51,930 nucleotides of DNA from an uncultured Rhizobium sp. (GTDB lineage Bacteria > Bacteroidota > Bacteroidia > NS11-12g > UBA955), in NCBI GenBank assembly GCA_964592635.1, contig CAZQFZ010000002.1:4956-56885 (forward strand). Reading direction: 5' to 3'. Below the pieces are notes generated by a model that was not told the DNA's origin, searched no databases, and saw only the letters and a list, made by a program, of their open reading frames with translations. Below, piece by piece: positions 19,211 to 30,749 of the stretch (positions within the stretch are counted from its first letter, which is position 1; each line of letters starts with the position of its first letter). The translations under genes were made by a program, and so were the position numbers.

Positions 19211-21505
19211 ATGCACATTCCAGTTCTAATTACTGATTTAACTCTGATTCTGGGCATTGCCGGGGTCGTGACGTTGTTTTTTAAGAAAATAAAGCAACCG
19301 GTTGTTCTCGGTTATATTCTTTCTGGATTGCTCGTAGGTCCTAACTTGAATTTCTTTCCCAGTGTTGTAGATATCAGTAATATCAAAATTTGGGGAGAAC
19401 TGGGTGTGATTTTTTTGTTGTTTACTTTGGGATTAGAATTTAGTTTTAAAAAAGTACTATCGCTGGGGCCAGCTCCTGCCATTACGGGTATAATTGAATT
19501 GTTGGCCATGATGGGTTTGGGAATTGGTTTGGGTAATCTTCTGGGATGGTCGCAGATGGATGCCCTCTTTTTGGGCGGAATCATAGCTATTTCATCGACC
19601 ACTATCATATTTCGTGCATTCGACGAATTGGGTTTAAAGTCCAAAGCATTTACTAAATTGGTTTTAGGCGTTCTAATCATAGAGGATTTATTCGCTGTTT
19701 TACTCATGGTATTGCTTAGTACTATGGCCGTATCCAAACAAATAGAGGGATGGGCTCTGGTATTTTCGCTATCTAAACTGTTGTTCTTTTTATTGGCTTG
19801 GTTTTTAACGGGGATTTTTTTGCTGCCCACCATATTTAAAAGAAACAATCAACACATGAATTCTGAAACGTTGATGGTGGTTTCAATTGCATTGTGTTTT
19901 ACCATGGTGGTAGCTGCAGCTGCTCTGGGCTTTTCGCCCGCTTTAGGAGCTTTTGCTATGGGATCTCTGTTGGCAGAGACGGTTTTTGCTGAAAAAATTG
20001 AGCATACTCTAGAACCAGTAAAAAATTTATTCGGTGCGATATTTTTTGTTTCTGTGGGCATGTTGATCGAACCCACAGTGTTAGTTGAATATGGTTTTGA
20101 GGTGGTTATTCTTACATTGGCTGTAGTTGTAGGCAAAACCATTTTTATAACCTTAGGGGCATTGATTTCGGGAAAGTCTTTGCAACAATCTCTTGAAGCG
20201 GGAACTTCTATGGCACAAATTGGCGAGTTCTCATTTATCATAGCCACCTTGGGCTTGAGTTTGAATGTAATTAGCCCACAATTGTATCCTATAGCTGTGG
20301 GTGTTTCTGTAATTACAACATTCTTAACACCTTACATGATGAAAACTCCCGAAGCCATTTTTAAGAAATTGAATAAATGGTTGCCTGATTCATGGAAGAA
20401 TCGATTGAATAACTATTCATCTGGGTCGCAAAATATTCGAGCGGAGAACAAATGGAAAAAAGTAATTCGGTTTTACACTCAAGTGATATTTATAAATTCA
20501 TCGGTAATCATTGCCATTATACTTTTTGTTTATTTCGTATTAAAACCTCAAATTATCTATTTGTTATTTGGTTTCTTGGGTTTCGGGGGAAGGGATATCA
20601 ATCATTATCCGTGGTTAAACGTAGAAATTATGGGGCAAATTATCGCTTTTGTTGGGTTTCTATTGATGATGCCATTCTTATGGGCATTGGTTTCAAAAAG
20701 GATGAAGCATTTTTCTGGTGCAGCCTTGTGGATGAATGGAGATTATAGCCGCGGACCTTTGTTTATGCTTGAATTATTGAGAGTCTTTATAGGTTTGGTT
20801 TTATTGTTTACCTATCTGAGTTTTGTATATTATAACCTTTGGTCTTTATTAATTACCTTATTGATTGCTGTGATAATGGTCTTTGCTTTCAGAAATCGGT
20901 TGCAAGATTTTTATGGGAAATTAGAGGAGCATTTTTTACAAAACCTTCATGAGAAAGAAATGCAAGAACAACAGAAGAAGAGAACACATCTTTCACCGTG
21001 GGATGGACATTTGTCTACATATACGGTGCCTGCAAACGCTCCATGCCTTGGGAAATCTTTAGAAACATTGGCATGGCGAGAGTTGTTTGGGGTGAATGTT
21101 GCATATATTGAACGGGGAAATCGATTGATTTTTCCACCGCAAAAAGATGAAGTGATTTATCCTTACGATTTACTTGGGGTGATAGGTACCGATAATCAAT
21201 TAAAACAGTTTATCGAATATCTTCAAAATGCCTTAGATGCGTCTGAATTGAAAAATCAGCAAACAGAATCATCATCCCCCGAAAAAGAGGAAATAGATCT
21301 TCAGAAATTGATTGTAAATCCGAAAAATGAGCTTCGTGGACAAACCATTCGAAGTTCAAAAATTCGCGAAAAAACCGATGGTTTGGTAGTTGGAATAGAA
21401 CGCGGAAATCAGCGCATTTTAAATCCATCATCCGATATGGAATTTCAATGCGATGATGTGGTTTGGGTGGTTGGTAATAAGTTGAAAATTGCGATGTTGC
21501 AATAG
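19211..21505 (+). CDS. CPA2 cation:proton antiporter with two C-terminal TrkA-C (RCK_C) domains
   Basis: KQPVVLGYI.SG, ELGVIFLLFTLGLEFS, ISSTTII, LIIEDL, AQIGEFSFII; C-terminal VAYIERG and VVGIERG. Confidence 0.92.
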   Translation: MHIPVLITDLTLILGIAGVVTLFFKKIKQPVVLGYILSGLLVGPNLNFFPSVVDISNIKIWGELGVIFLLFTLGLEFSFKKVLSLGPAPAITGIIELLAMMGLGIGLGNLLGWSQMDALFLGGIIAISSTTIIFRAFDELGLKSKAFTKLVLGVLIIEDLFAVLLMVLLSTMAVSKQIEGWALVFSLSKLLFFLLAWFLTGIFLLPTIFKRNNQHMNSETLMVVSIALCFTMVVAAAALGFSPALGAFAMGSLLAETVFAEKIEHTLEPVKNLFGAIFFVSVGMLIEPTVLVEYGFEVVILTLAVVVGKTIFITLGALISGKSLQQSLEAGTSMAQIGEFSFIIATLGLSLNVISPQLYPIAVGVSVITTFLTPYMMKTPEAIFKKLNKWLPDSWKNRLNNYSSGSQNIRAENKWKKVIRFYTQVIFINSSVIIAIILFVYFVLKPQIIYLLFGFLGFGGRDINHYPWLNVEIMGQIIAFVGFLLMMPFLWALVSKRMKHFSGAALWMNGDYSRGPLFMLELLRVFIGLVLLFTYLSFVYYNLWSLLITLLIAVIMVFAFRNRLQDFYGKLEEHFLQNLHEKEMQEQQKKRTHLSPWDGHLSTYTVPANAPCLGKSLETLAWRELFGVNVAYIERGNRLIFPPQKDEVIYPYDLLGVIGTDNQLKQFIEYLQNALDASELKNQQTESSSPEKEEIDLQKLIVNPKNELRGQTIRSSKIREKTDGLVVGIERGNQRILNPSSDMEFQCDDVVWVVGNKLKIAMLQ

Positions 21506-21518
21506 TTAAGTTTAGTGT

Positions 21519-22433
21519 TCAAAACGAATGGATTTGGAGAACGTTAATTGGAGGAATTGATTTTGCAGCGTTCATGGTTTCAACTCCTTCCGAATTTAAA
21601 TGTTTCAACAATTGTTTGTAGGAAACGCTGATTTCTACATATCCCATTGCATATGGCCCAATTTCATAAGGTGAGTAATGAAATGTAACGCCTTTGGAAC
21701 CGAAAGAAAAGTTGTTGGTCAGTAAGTCGCTTTCCGAAACAGTCCACGGTGATTCTTTGTAGTATTTTTTGAAATTCTTGGAAAGCAGCTTTACCATAGC
21801 TTGATCGGAAGTGGATTTAAAAAAATGGTGGTAATTTACCGATTCACCAGTAGTATTATTCAATATAATTTGTGCAGCATAGGAATTGGGGTGAGCAGCA
21901 CCTCCCCAGTATTCACTGTAATTATAATTAAGCCAAATGTAATTTCCCAAAACAGCAGCAAGAGTTAAGTGACTTTCGATATTGACCATAGATTCTAAAG
22001 CGATGGTATCCATCCATTGGGTCAATCCCTCGAAATCTTGAGAAAAGCTGGTCTCGTATTGATTCAAATGAAAAGTGGGTGCCAAAAGTTCTTTGGTTTT
22101 ATTCACAACAAGGGTGTCGTTCGTGCCGTTATGGTCAAATCCGATACAATTCAAATGTTCGAAAATGAGAGAACAAGGCATGGTATCAAACATAGAAAAG
22201 TAATTGTCTGGATCTGCGAATTTTGCCGAATCATATAGATGTGTTCTCACAATATGATAACTTTTGTCCAACTGTTCAAAAGTAAAATTTCCTATTTTGA
22301 TTCGAGTTGGGTTTTCTGCTTCAATTAGTTTTTTACTTTCTGTCTGTGCTATGATATCATGAGTAAGAAAAAGAATTACTATGAAGATTGCTTTTTTGAT
22401 TATGTGTAGGGTTTGGAGATTTGGGGATTGCAT
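21519..22433 (-). CDS. RsiV/DUF3298 family exported protein
   Basis: YWGGAAHPN and NFSF...GVTFHYSPYEIGPYAMG motifs. Confidence 0.8.
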   Translation of the reverse strand: MQSPNLQTLHIIKKAIFIVILFLTHDIIAQTESKKLIEAENPTRIKIGNFTFEQLDKSYHIVRTHLYDSAKFADPDNYFSMFDTMPCSLIFEHLNCIGFDHNGTNDTLVVNKTKELLAPTFHLNQYETSFSQDFEGLTQWMDTIALESMVNIESHLTLAAVLGNYIWLNYNYSEYWGGAAHPNSYAAQIILNNTTGESVNYHHFFKSTSDQAMVKLLSKNFKKYYKESPWTVSESDLLTNNFSFGSKGVTFHYSPYEIGPYAMGYVEISVSYKQLLKHLNSEGVETMNAAKSIPPINVLQIHSF

Positions 22434-22533
22434 TTTTAGGCGAATTTTAGTGTTTAAGATGAGAATTTTCGAGGAGTAAATTTACCCTAATTTAAATACA
22501 TTTTTCGTAAAATCGGTGGAATTGCTTTTTTAA

Positions 22534-23433
22534 GTGATTAAATTCGTGTCAGCTGTGAAAACTGTACGAAAATTTGAGAACTTTACTTGGATTGATTATT
22601 CTAATCCCAACAACGAAGAAATTACGGATTTTACTCGCGATTATCCGCTAAACTCTTTTTTACTCGAGGATATAACGCAGCATGGTCACAATCCCAAGTT
22701 TGAAAAACATCCGGATTTTGATTTTTTAATTTTGAGAGCCTATTCAGGTGAAGCCCTTCAAAACACCAGTGATATCCCTTCTATAACAGGAAAAATCTCA
22801 TTGCTCATTTCTGAAAATCAATTGGTGAGTTTTCATCGAGTCGATTTCGAATTTTTACGATTAAAAGATTTCTCTCAATTTGAAACGGTTTACCACGCAG
22901 TTTGGTATATATTTTCTCATGCTGTTTCTACTTTTGAGCAACCCTTAGAACAACTTTCCAATAGAATTGATTCGTTGGAAGAAAATATTCTGCTTAGGAA
23001 TCAAGATCGTATTCCTCTTGAACGACTCTACTACGCTAAATTGCAATCGCGCAAAATCAAACGATTGTTGCAATTGAATAGTGAAGTTTTTGAAGAATTA
23101 GTGCGTGAACTTCCACCTATTTCGCAAGCGAATGATATCAAAGATCGACTATCAAGGATGATTCTTGACTTCGAAGACGTTCTAGAAAACACCATGAGTT
23201 TGATGAATACATTCATCAGCTTGAACGGAAAGAAGAACAACGATGTGATGCGTTTATTAACGGTAATATCCATGTTTTTTCTCCCACTTACTTTTGTAGT
23301 AGGTGTTTATGGTATGAATTTTAGAAACATGCCCGAATTGGATTGGAAGTACGGATATATTGGAGTTTGGCTACTCATGTTGGTAACCGTAGTTTGGATT
23401 TTTTGGTGGTTCAAAAGAAAGAAAATACTCTAG
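22534..23433 (+). CDS. corA: CorA family divalent cation transporter
   Basis: NDVMRLLTVIS.FFLPLTFVVGVYGMNF..MPELDW signature; exact start uncertain. Confidence 0.9.
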   Translation: MIKFVSAVKTVRKFENFTWIDYSNPNNEEITDFTRDYPLNSFLLEDITQHGHNPKFEKHPDFDFLILRAYSGEALQNTSDIPSITGKISLLISENQLVSFHRVDFEFLRLKDFSQFETVYHAVWYIFSHAVSTFEQPLEQLSNRIDSLEENILLRNQDRIPLERLYYAKLQSRKIKRLLQLNSEVFEELVRELPPISQANDIKDRLSRMILDFEDVLENTMSLMNTFISLNGKKNNDVMRLLTVISMFFLPLTFVVGVYGMNFRNMPELDWKYGYIGVWLLMLVTVVWIFWWFKRKKIL

Positions 23434-24585
23434 TTAAACCGGCATCAATGGACTATTGTGTGCAAAAAAAACCGGTAATTGATGATCGATGGCTGCATGA
23501 ATCTCTTGTTTGAGTTTTTCCAAAATGCCATGCTTAACGAAATATCGGTGAGTTAGTAATCCAACGGATCGATAAGGCACCGGATCTGTAAATCCCGATA
23601 ATTTGGCTTGGTCTTCCATGCCTAATCCAGCTGCAGCCATATAGGGCAGTAGAGTAGATGCTTGATTTTGTTTTACAAACCGAAATAAACTGTCGATCGA
23701 ACCTGCATTGTATTTGAAGTTGTAGTTTTTGTTCCACGATTTCTCATGAAAATCGCACAATTCCAATACTTGGGCACGCATGCAATGTCCCTCTTCCAAC
23801 AAACATAAACGCGACAAATCTACATCTTTGGTGCTGATTTTATGTATTAAGTGAAGCAGTTCTGAAGGTGCTAATTTATCCCGGATTTTTGAAATTGGGG
23901 CGATCATGCCATTTTCACTGGAGTCTGACTGTGGAGTTTCCAAATTGGGGGGAGCGCTTAATGGAACTTGGGTTGAGTCTGAATCATTGCTTACTTTGGG
24001 TTTCGGGGGAAGGTCGGACTGGCGATTGGAATTTGATTCTGCAGATCGATGGAATTCGGCATTTGGATTCAATAACGTATCGAAATAAACAAACGGTTCA
24101 TTGTACAAATGGTGTTCAATGAGTTCTTTATCGTTTATGGGAATGGAAACGATTCCGATATCTAAGGTTCGTTGTTTTAAATTTTTTATGATCTCGGCAG
24201 TTTGTTCCTCTTTTACATGTATTTTTAGCTGAGGAAATTTTTGAGCAAAATGGGTAATAAATTGCGGTATCAAATAGGGGGCGATGGTTGGAATAACGGC
24301 AAGGCTAATTTCTCCTTTGATTTCACCCTTGATTTCTTTAACGATTTCCGTTAAATTATGGATTTCTTTGGTTATAATTTGCAATTGGGCAATGAGTTGA
24401 CTGCCTTCTGGCGTGATTTCTAATGGTTTTTTCTTCCGGTCAAAAATTAAAATTCCCAACTCATCTTCCAATTTTAAAATCATAGTACTCAGAGTGGATT
24501 GTGTAATGTGGCAGCGATCCGCGGCGGTTTCAAAATGACGGCTTTCGGCCAAAGCCAAAACATATTCGAATTGTTGAATGTTCAT
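23434..24585 (-). CDS. oxyR: Hydrogen-peroxide-sensing LysR regulator OxyR with a large internal insertion
   Basis: HTH (AADRCHITQSTLS), IPTIAPYL, LEEGHCMRAQVLELC with both redox Cys at OxyR spacing; divergent from katG. Confidence 0.88.
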   Translation of the reverse strand: MNIQQFEYVLALAESRHFETAADRCHITQSTLSTMILKLEDELGILIFDRKKKPLEITPEGSQLIAQLQIITKEIHNLTEIVKEIKGEIKGEISLAVIPTIAPYLIPQFITHFAQKFPQLKIHVKEEQTAEIIKNLKQRTLDIGIVSIPINDKELIEHHLYNEPFVYFDTLLNPNAEFHRSAESNSNRQSDLPPKPKVSNDSDSTQVPLSAPPNLETPQSDSSENGMIAPISKIRDKLAPSELLHLIHKISTKDVDLSRLCLLEEGHCMRAQVLELCDFHEKSWNKNYNFKYNAGSIDSLFRFVKQNQASTLLPYMAAAGLGMEDQAKLSGFTDPVPYRSVGLLTHRYFVKHGILEKLKQEIHAAIDHQLPVFFAHNSPLMPV

Positions 24586-24689
24586 TAGATACGTTCTTTT
24601 GTTTTTATGTGTTGTTGGTTAATTGTTTTAACGATTCCAACGGCAACTGAATTTTCTGCAACTTGAATCCCTCTGTTGGTTTATTCGAA

Positions 24690-24803
24690 ATTGCAAAACA
24701 TTCGTGGTTGTACCATAACTGGAATAACAATGTTGGCGACATCCCCATTGCAAAACACTCGTGGTTGTGCCATAACTGGAATAACAATGTTGGCGTCATC
24801 CCA
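24690..24803. repeat. 57-bp tandem duplication, 2 copies, in the oxyR-katG intergenic region
   Basis: ATTGCAAAACAYTCGTGGTTGTRCCATAACTGGAATAACAATGTTGGCGWCATCCC at 24690 and 24747. Confidence 0.92.
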
Positions 24804-24839
24804 TCCCCCGAAAACAAAGATACGCCGTTAAAATTAAAT

Positions 24840-24905
24840 ATAGAAATTGTCGATATTGGTATTGAAAATATAGTTTCTGTAAATAAGAATTGGAAAATAA
24901 TTTTG
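24840..24905 (+). promoter_or_regulatory. Putative OxyR operator and katG -7 box
   Basis: ATAG-N7-CGAT (24840-54) and ATAG-N7-AAAT (24870-84) resemble OxyR ATAG-N7-CTAT half-sites; TAATTTTG at 24898-24905. Confidence 0.6.
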
Positions 24906-25035
24906 CGCAGAATAGAAACCAGCAGATGAAGATGATAAATACAACGAGCGGGTAATAAAAAGCTTGCTCAGATAGAAATCGAAAAAGCAATTTATTGAAT
25001 AAAAAGTAAAATAAAACAACCTAATAAATTTATAA

Positions 25036-27486
<2,451 letters not shown>

Positions 27487-27599
27487 TAGAAATGTATGCA
27501 CATATATAAATTGCATAGATGATTCCTGAACTGCAATGGATTCTGAAGTTGTTATGAATTCTTCAACTGCTATAGAATCCGCGCGCACAAGAAACCAAT

Positions 27600-28646
27600 C
27601 TATTTAAATTGTGCACACAGAATTAACTTGGGGTAGAATGGACTTCGATAGTCTGTTTCTACCCCATTTTTATTTTCGGTAATTACAAACCAACGATTCT
27701 CAAAACGAAGTAGAATTTGTTTGTTAATGGCAAAATCTGCGTTAATTGAATATCCGTGTACATTAAATAATTCGGCAATGTTAAAGATCAAATGCGGGTC
27801 GTTAAAATACTCGTATCTTCCGGTTAGGCTGAAATCCTTTGTCACGGAATATTTTAGAATTCCTACGGGTGCGTGGTATTGGTCGCGGTGACCATTTGGA
27901 TGAATTTCAATACCGTTATCGAATCCCAATATCCATGCAATGTGTTTACCGAAATAAAATTGAGCATAGAAATTGTGAAAGAAGCGTTGATTTTTGGGGT
28001 TTGATGGTGAAACGCCATAATACGAACTGCTATTGATGGTAAATTCGTCTTTCTCCGTAAGTGTGATTTGATGTCCAATGGCATATCTACCCGGAATCGG
28101 ATTACTTATATTTTGCCAACCTTTTATGGCATTTAAATTCGCTTTAAGTGCGCCTGATTTTGAAGTATAGCTCAAACGGTAGCCGTATTCATAATAGGGT
28201 GAATTATCTGCTAAAATGGATCGTGTAGCCGCCCAAGATTCTTTTCCAATGGCGCTTTCAAATCCAATATGACTCGGTAAAATTCCGTATTCAAATTTAT
28301 ATTGGTTATTCCATTTAACGTAGGCATTGAGCTCGTGAAAATTGCGAAAACGAGCATTTTCGGCTGCTAAATTTTGATCCGCATAGGTTCCTAACATCAA
28401 ACCCGTATTGAATCCCCAAGAAACAGGAAGTTCCTTGGATAGAGGTTGCTCATGATTGATTTTTAGAAGCATGAGGTTGAGATCGCTTACATTGTTGGTT
28501 TGATAGGAAGTCAAAAAAGACGGAAAAGGTTCGTAGTTGCTTTTGGATTTGAGGGATGTAAACGCTTCTGAATAAAACTCAAATTGAGTTTGTGCATGAG
28601 CAAGAGTACTCAAAAAGAGTGTGAGCACAGACAAAATAAATCGCAT
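27600..28646 (-). CDS. Putative outer-membrane beta-barrel porin (BBP2/DUF1597-like)
   Basis: Signal peptide; GTYADQNLA.E, G.LPSHIGFESAIG..W..TRSILADNSPYYE, RYEYFND; TACCTTTG -7 box at 28737-44 (minus); alternative start 28682. Confidence 0.8.
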   Translation of the reverse strand: MRFILSVLTLFLSTLAHAQTQFEFYSEAFTSLKSKSNYEPFPSFLTSYQTNNVSDLNLMLLKINHEQPLSKELPVSWGFNTGLMLGTYADQNLAAENARFRNFHELNAYVKWNNQYKFEYGILPSHIGFESAIGKESWAATRSILADNSPYYEYGYRLSYTSKSGALKANLNAIKGWQNISNPIPGRYAIGHQITLTEKDEFTINSSSYYGVSPSNPKNQRFFHNFYAQFYFGKHIAWILGFDNGIEIHPNGHRDQYHAPVGILKYSVTKDFSLTGRYEYFNDPHLIFNIAELFNVHGYSINADFAINKQILLRFENRWFVITENKNGVETDYRSPFYPKLILCAQFK

Positions 28647-28888
28647 TATTGCATTGTTGAATTCAATAGTTGGATAGATCATAAATGATGGAAATCAAAT
28701 TAAGTTTTGCTTGAATTTCTGCCTATAATAATAAATCAAAGGTACTTGAAAAAGGTATAAATCAGGGGAAATAGGTTGTTTTATATTTTAGCAGGCATTC
28801 GAATGATTGTATTTTATTACCATAAAATGTCTCAATTTTTCATCCGATTCAACAATTTCAGGTGTTGGGTTGTTAATTTTGAAACCGC

Positions 28889-29293
28889 ATGAAAATGGTG
28901 TCGATGATATTGTTAATGTGTTTGTATTTGCCTCAGTTTTGTGGTGCTACGGGCAATGTAATTAATGAGAATCATACGAATCATGCAGCAGTGCATTCAA
29001 ATGCACAGACCATGTATAACGCGAAGTTTCAGTTTTCATCCGAGTTGCCATCGGATTTTCCTGTTGAATTACCAGTTGGCATACCTGAACATGAAGATTT
29101 AGTTCCAATTGAGGAAATTTCCGAGGATGGTGATTCTGAAAGTGCTCATCTAAAATTAACTGAGAGTGTTATATGTTGGATTATGCAACCCACATCTGGG
29201 TTCACTGGTTTTTTGTTGGCTAATTTCACTAATTGGGTAAGTGATACTCATTCGCCACCGCCGGATTTAGTGGTATTGTTTGCCATACAATAG
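28889..29293 (+). CDS. Small hypothetical exported/leader protein upstream of the RND operon
   Basis: 134-aa ORF with hydrophobic N-terminus, His/acidic middle and HSPPP near the C-terminus; TAATTTTG -7 box at 28874-81. Confidence 0.6.
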   Translation: MKMVSMILLMCLYLPQFCGATGNVINENHTNHAAVHSNAQTMYNAKFQFSSELPSDFPVELPVGIPEHEDLVPIEEISEDGDSESAHLKLTESVICWIMQPTSGFTGFLLANFTNWVSDTHSPPPDLVVLFAIQ

Positions 29294-29545
29294 CCGAATT
29301 GTATTTTATTGGCTTTTGCCAATTTATTGCTTTTTCATTAGAAAGTTCTTGAAGTAGGTGAGTTTCTCAATTAGAAACGAGCAATCCGGCGTTTAATGTG
29401 CTACAAATCAAATGTTTATTCATAAAAGATGTGCTGTTGAATTTTGATCTCATCGAATGTAACAGTTAAAATATCTGATGCAACAGCTCCATTTTGAGCA
29501 GTTAAGAATTTTTTACTCATTAATAAAAAAATACAAATAGAATAC

Positions 29546-30748
29546 ATGACAACTTTTAAAAATTCCCTGTGGATTGGGATTTTGATTTTGGGATTTTCTG
29601 CATGTAAATCCTCAGAAAACAAGCAAGAAGCAGACGTAAATGTCTATCCGATAATTTATCCTAGAATAGTAGATACGGCCTATACAGAAGAGTATGTGGC
29701 TGAAATACATGCAGTTCAAAATGTTGAAATTAGAACTCGTGTAAAAGGATTTATCGAAAGAATTTTAATCGATGAGGGCGCATTGGTTCGTAAAGGACAG
29801 ATTTTATTTGTGCTTTCAAATAATCATTACCGAGAAGATTTACTTCGTGCCAAAGCTCAATTCAAGAGTACTACGGCGGAGCTTAAGGCAATGGATGTTG
29901 AGTTAAAAAATACTCAGATACTGGTTTTAAAAAATATAGTTTCAAATTCTGAATTAGAAATGGTAAAGGCTAAAAGAGAAGCTGTTTTAGCCAAGCAAGA
30001 AGAGGCTCAAGCAGCCATTGCCGTGGCTAAGCTCAATTTGGATTTTACTGAAATAAAAGCACCTTTTACGGGTGTAGTGAATCGAATTCCGTACAAGCAA
30101 GGTTCGTTGCTTGAAGAAGGGGCATTGTTGACCACATTATCTAATATAGATGAAGTTTTTGCTTATTTCCATCTTTCTGAATCTGAATATCTGAATTACA
30201 AATCATCGAAAGAGAATAGCAATTCTTCAATTGTAAAACTGAAGTTGGCAAACAATCAAGACTATTTGTGGGATGGTAAAATTGAAATTTCTGAAAGTGA
30301 ATTTGATCCAGAATCTGGAAATTTGGCCTTTCGGGCACGCTTTCCTAATCCAGATAAATTATTAAAGCATGGCGGTAAAGGGAAAGTTCTGGTGGAAAAG
30401 AAATTGAAAAATGCTATGATTATTCCTCAGCGTTCTACATTTGAAATTCAAGACAAATTATTTGTGTTTGTTGTAGGTAAGGATAATAAGGTGTACCAAA
30501 AACCGATTACATCTTTAAGACGGATTCCGAATTATTTTATCATTGAGCAGGACTTAAATGAAAGGACCGCTATTATATACGAAGGTGTTTCGAACTTGAA
30601 ACACGGTGATAAAGTGAAAACTCGTGTTGAAAATAGTGCCGATTACCCATCCCCCGAAAAAAACAAAACAGAAAAAAAATCGGCTGAAATGAAGCGAGAA
30701 AATGCAGGGGTTGGTTTGTTCCATTTAATATCAACATTTCTATCATAA
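29546..30748 (+). CDS. RND efflux periplasmic adaptor (MFP), lipoprotein
   Basis: Lipobox FSAC; VEIRTRVKGFI...DEG..V.KGQ.LF; IKAPFTG; FRARFPNP. Confidence 0.93.
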   Translation: MTTFKNSLWIGILILGFSACKSSENKQEADVNVYPIIYPRIVDTAYTEEYVAEIHAVQNVEIRTRVKGFIERILIDEGALVRKGQILFVLSNNHYREDLLRAKAQFKSTTAELKAMDVELKNTQILVLKNIVSNSELEMVKAKREAVLAKQEEAQAAIAVAKLNLDFTEIKAPFTGVVNRIPYKQGSLLEEGALLTTLSNIDEVFAYFHLSESEYLNYKSSKENSNSSIVKLKLANNQDYLWDGKIEISESEFDPESGNLAFRARFPNPDKLLKHGGKGKVLVEKKLKNAMIIPQRSTFEIQDKLFVFVVGKDNKVYQKPITSLRRIPNYFIIEQDLNERTAIIYEGVSNLKHGDKVKTRVENSADYPSPEKNKTEKKSAEMKRENAGVGLFHLISTFLS

Positions 30749-30749
30749 C

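Noticed and set aside
24690-24803. 57-bp duplication as a CRISPR array or IS ends
   Set aside because: Only two contiguous direct copies; no spacer, inverted termini or transposase
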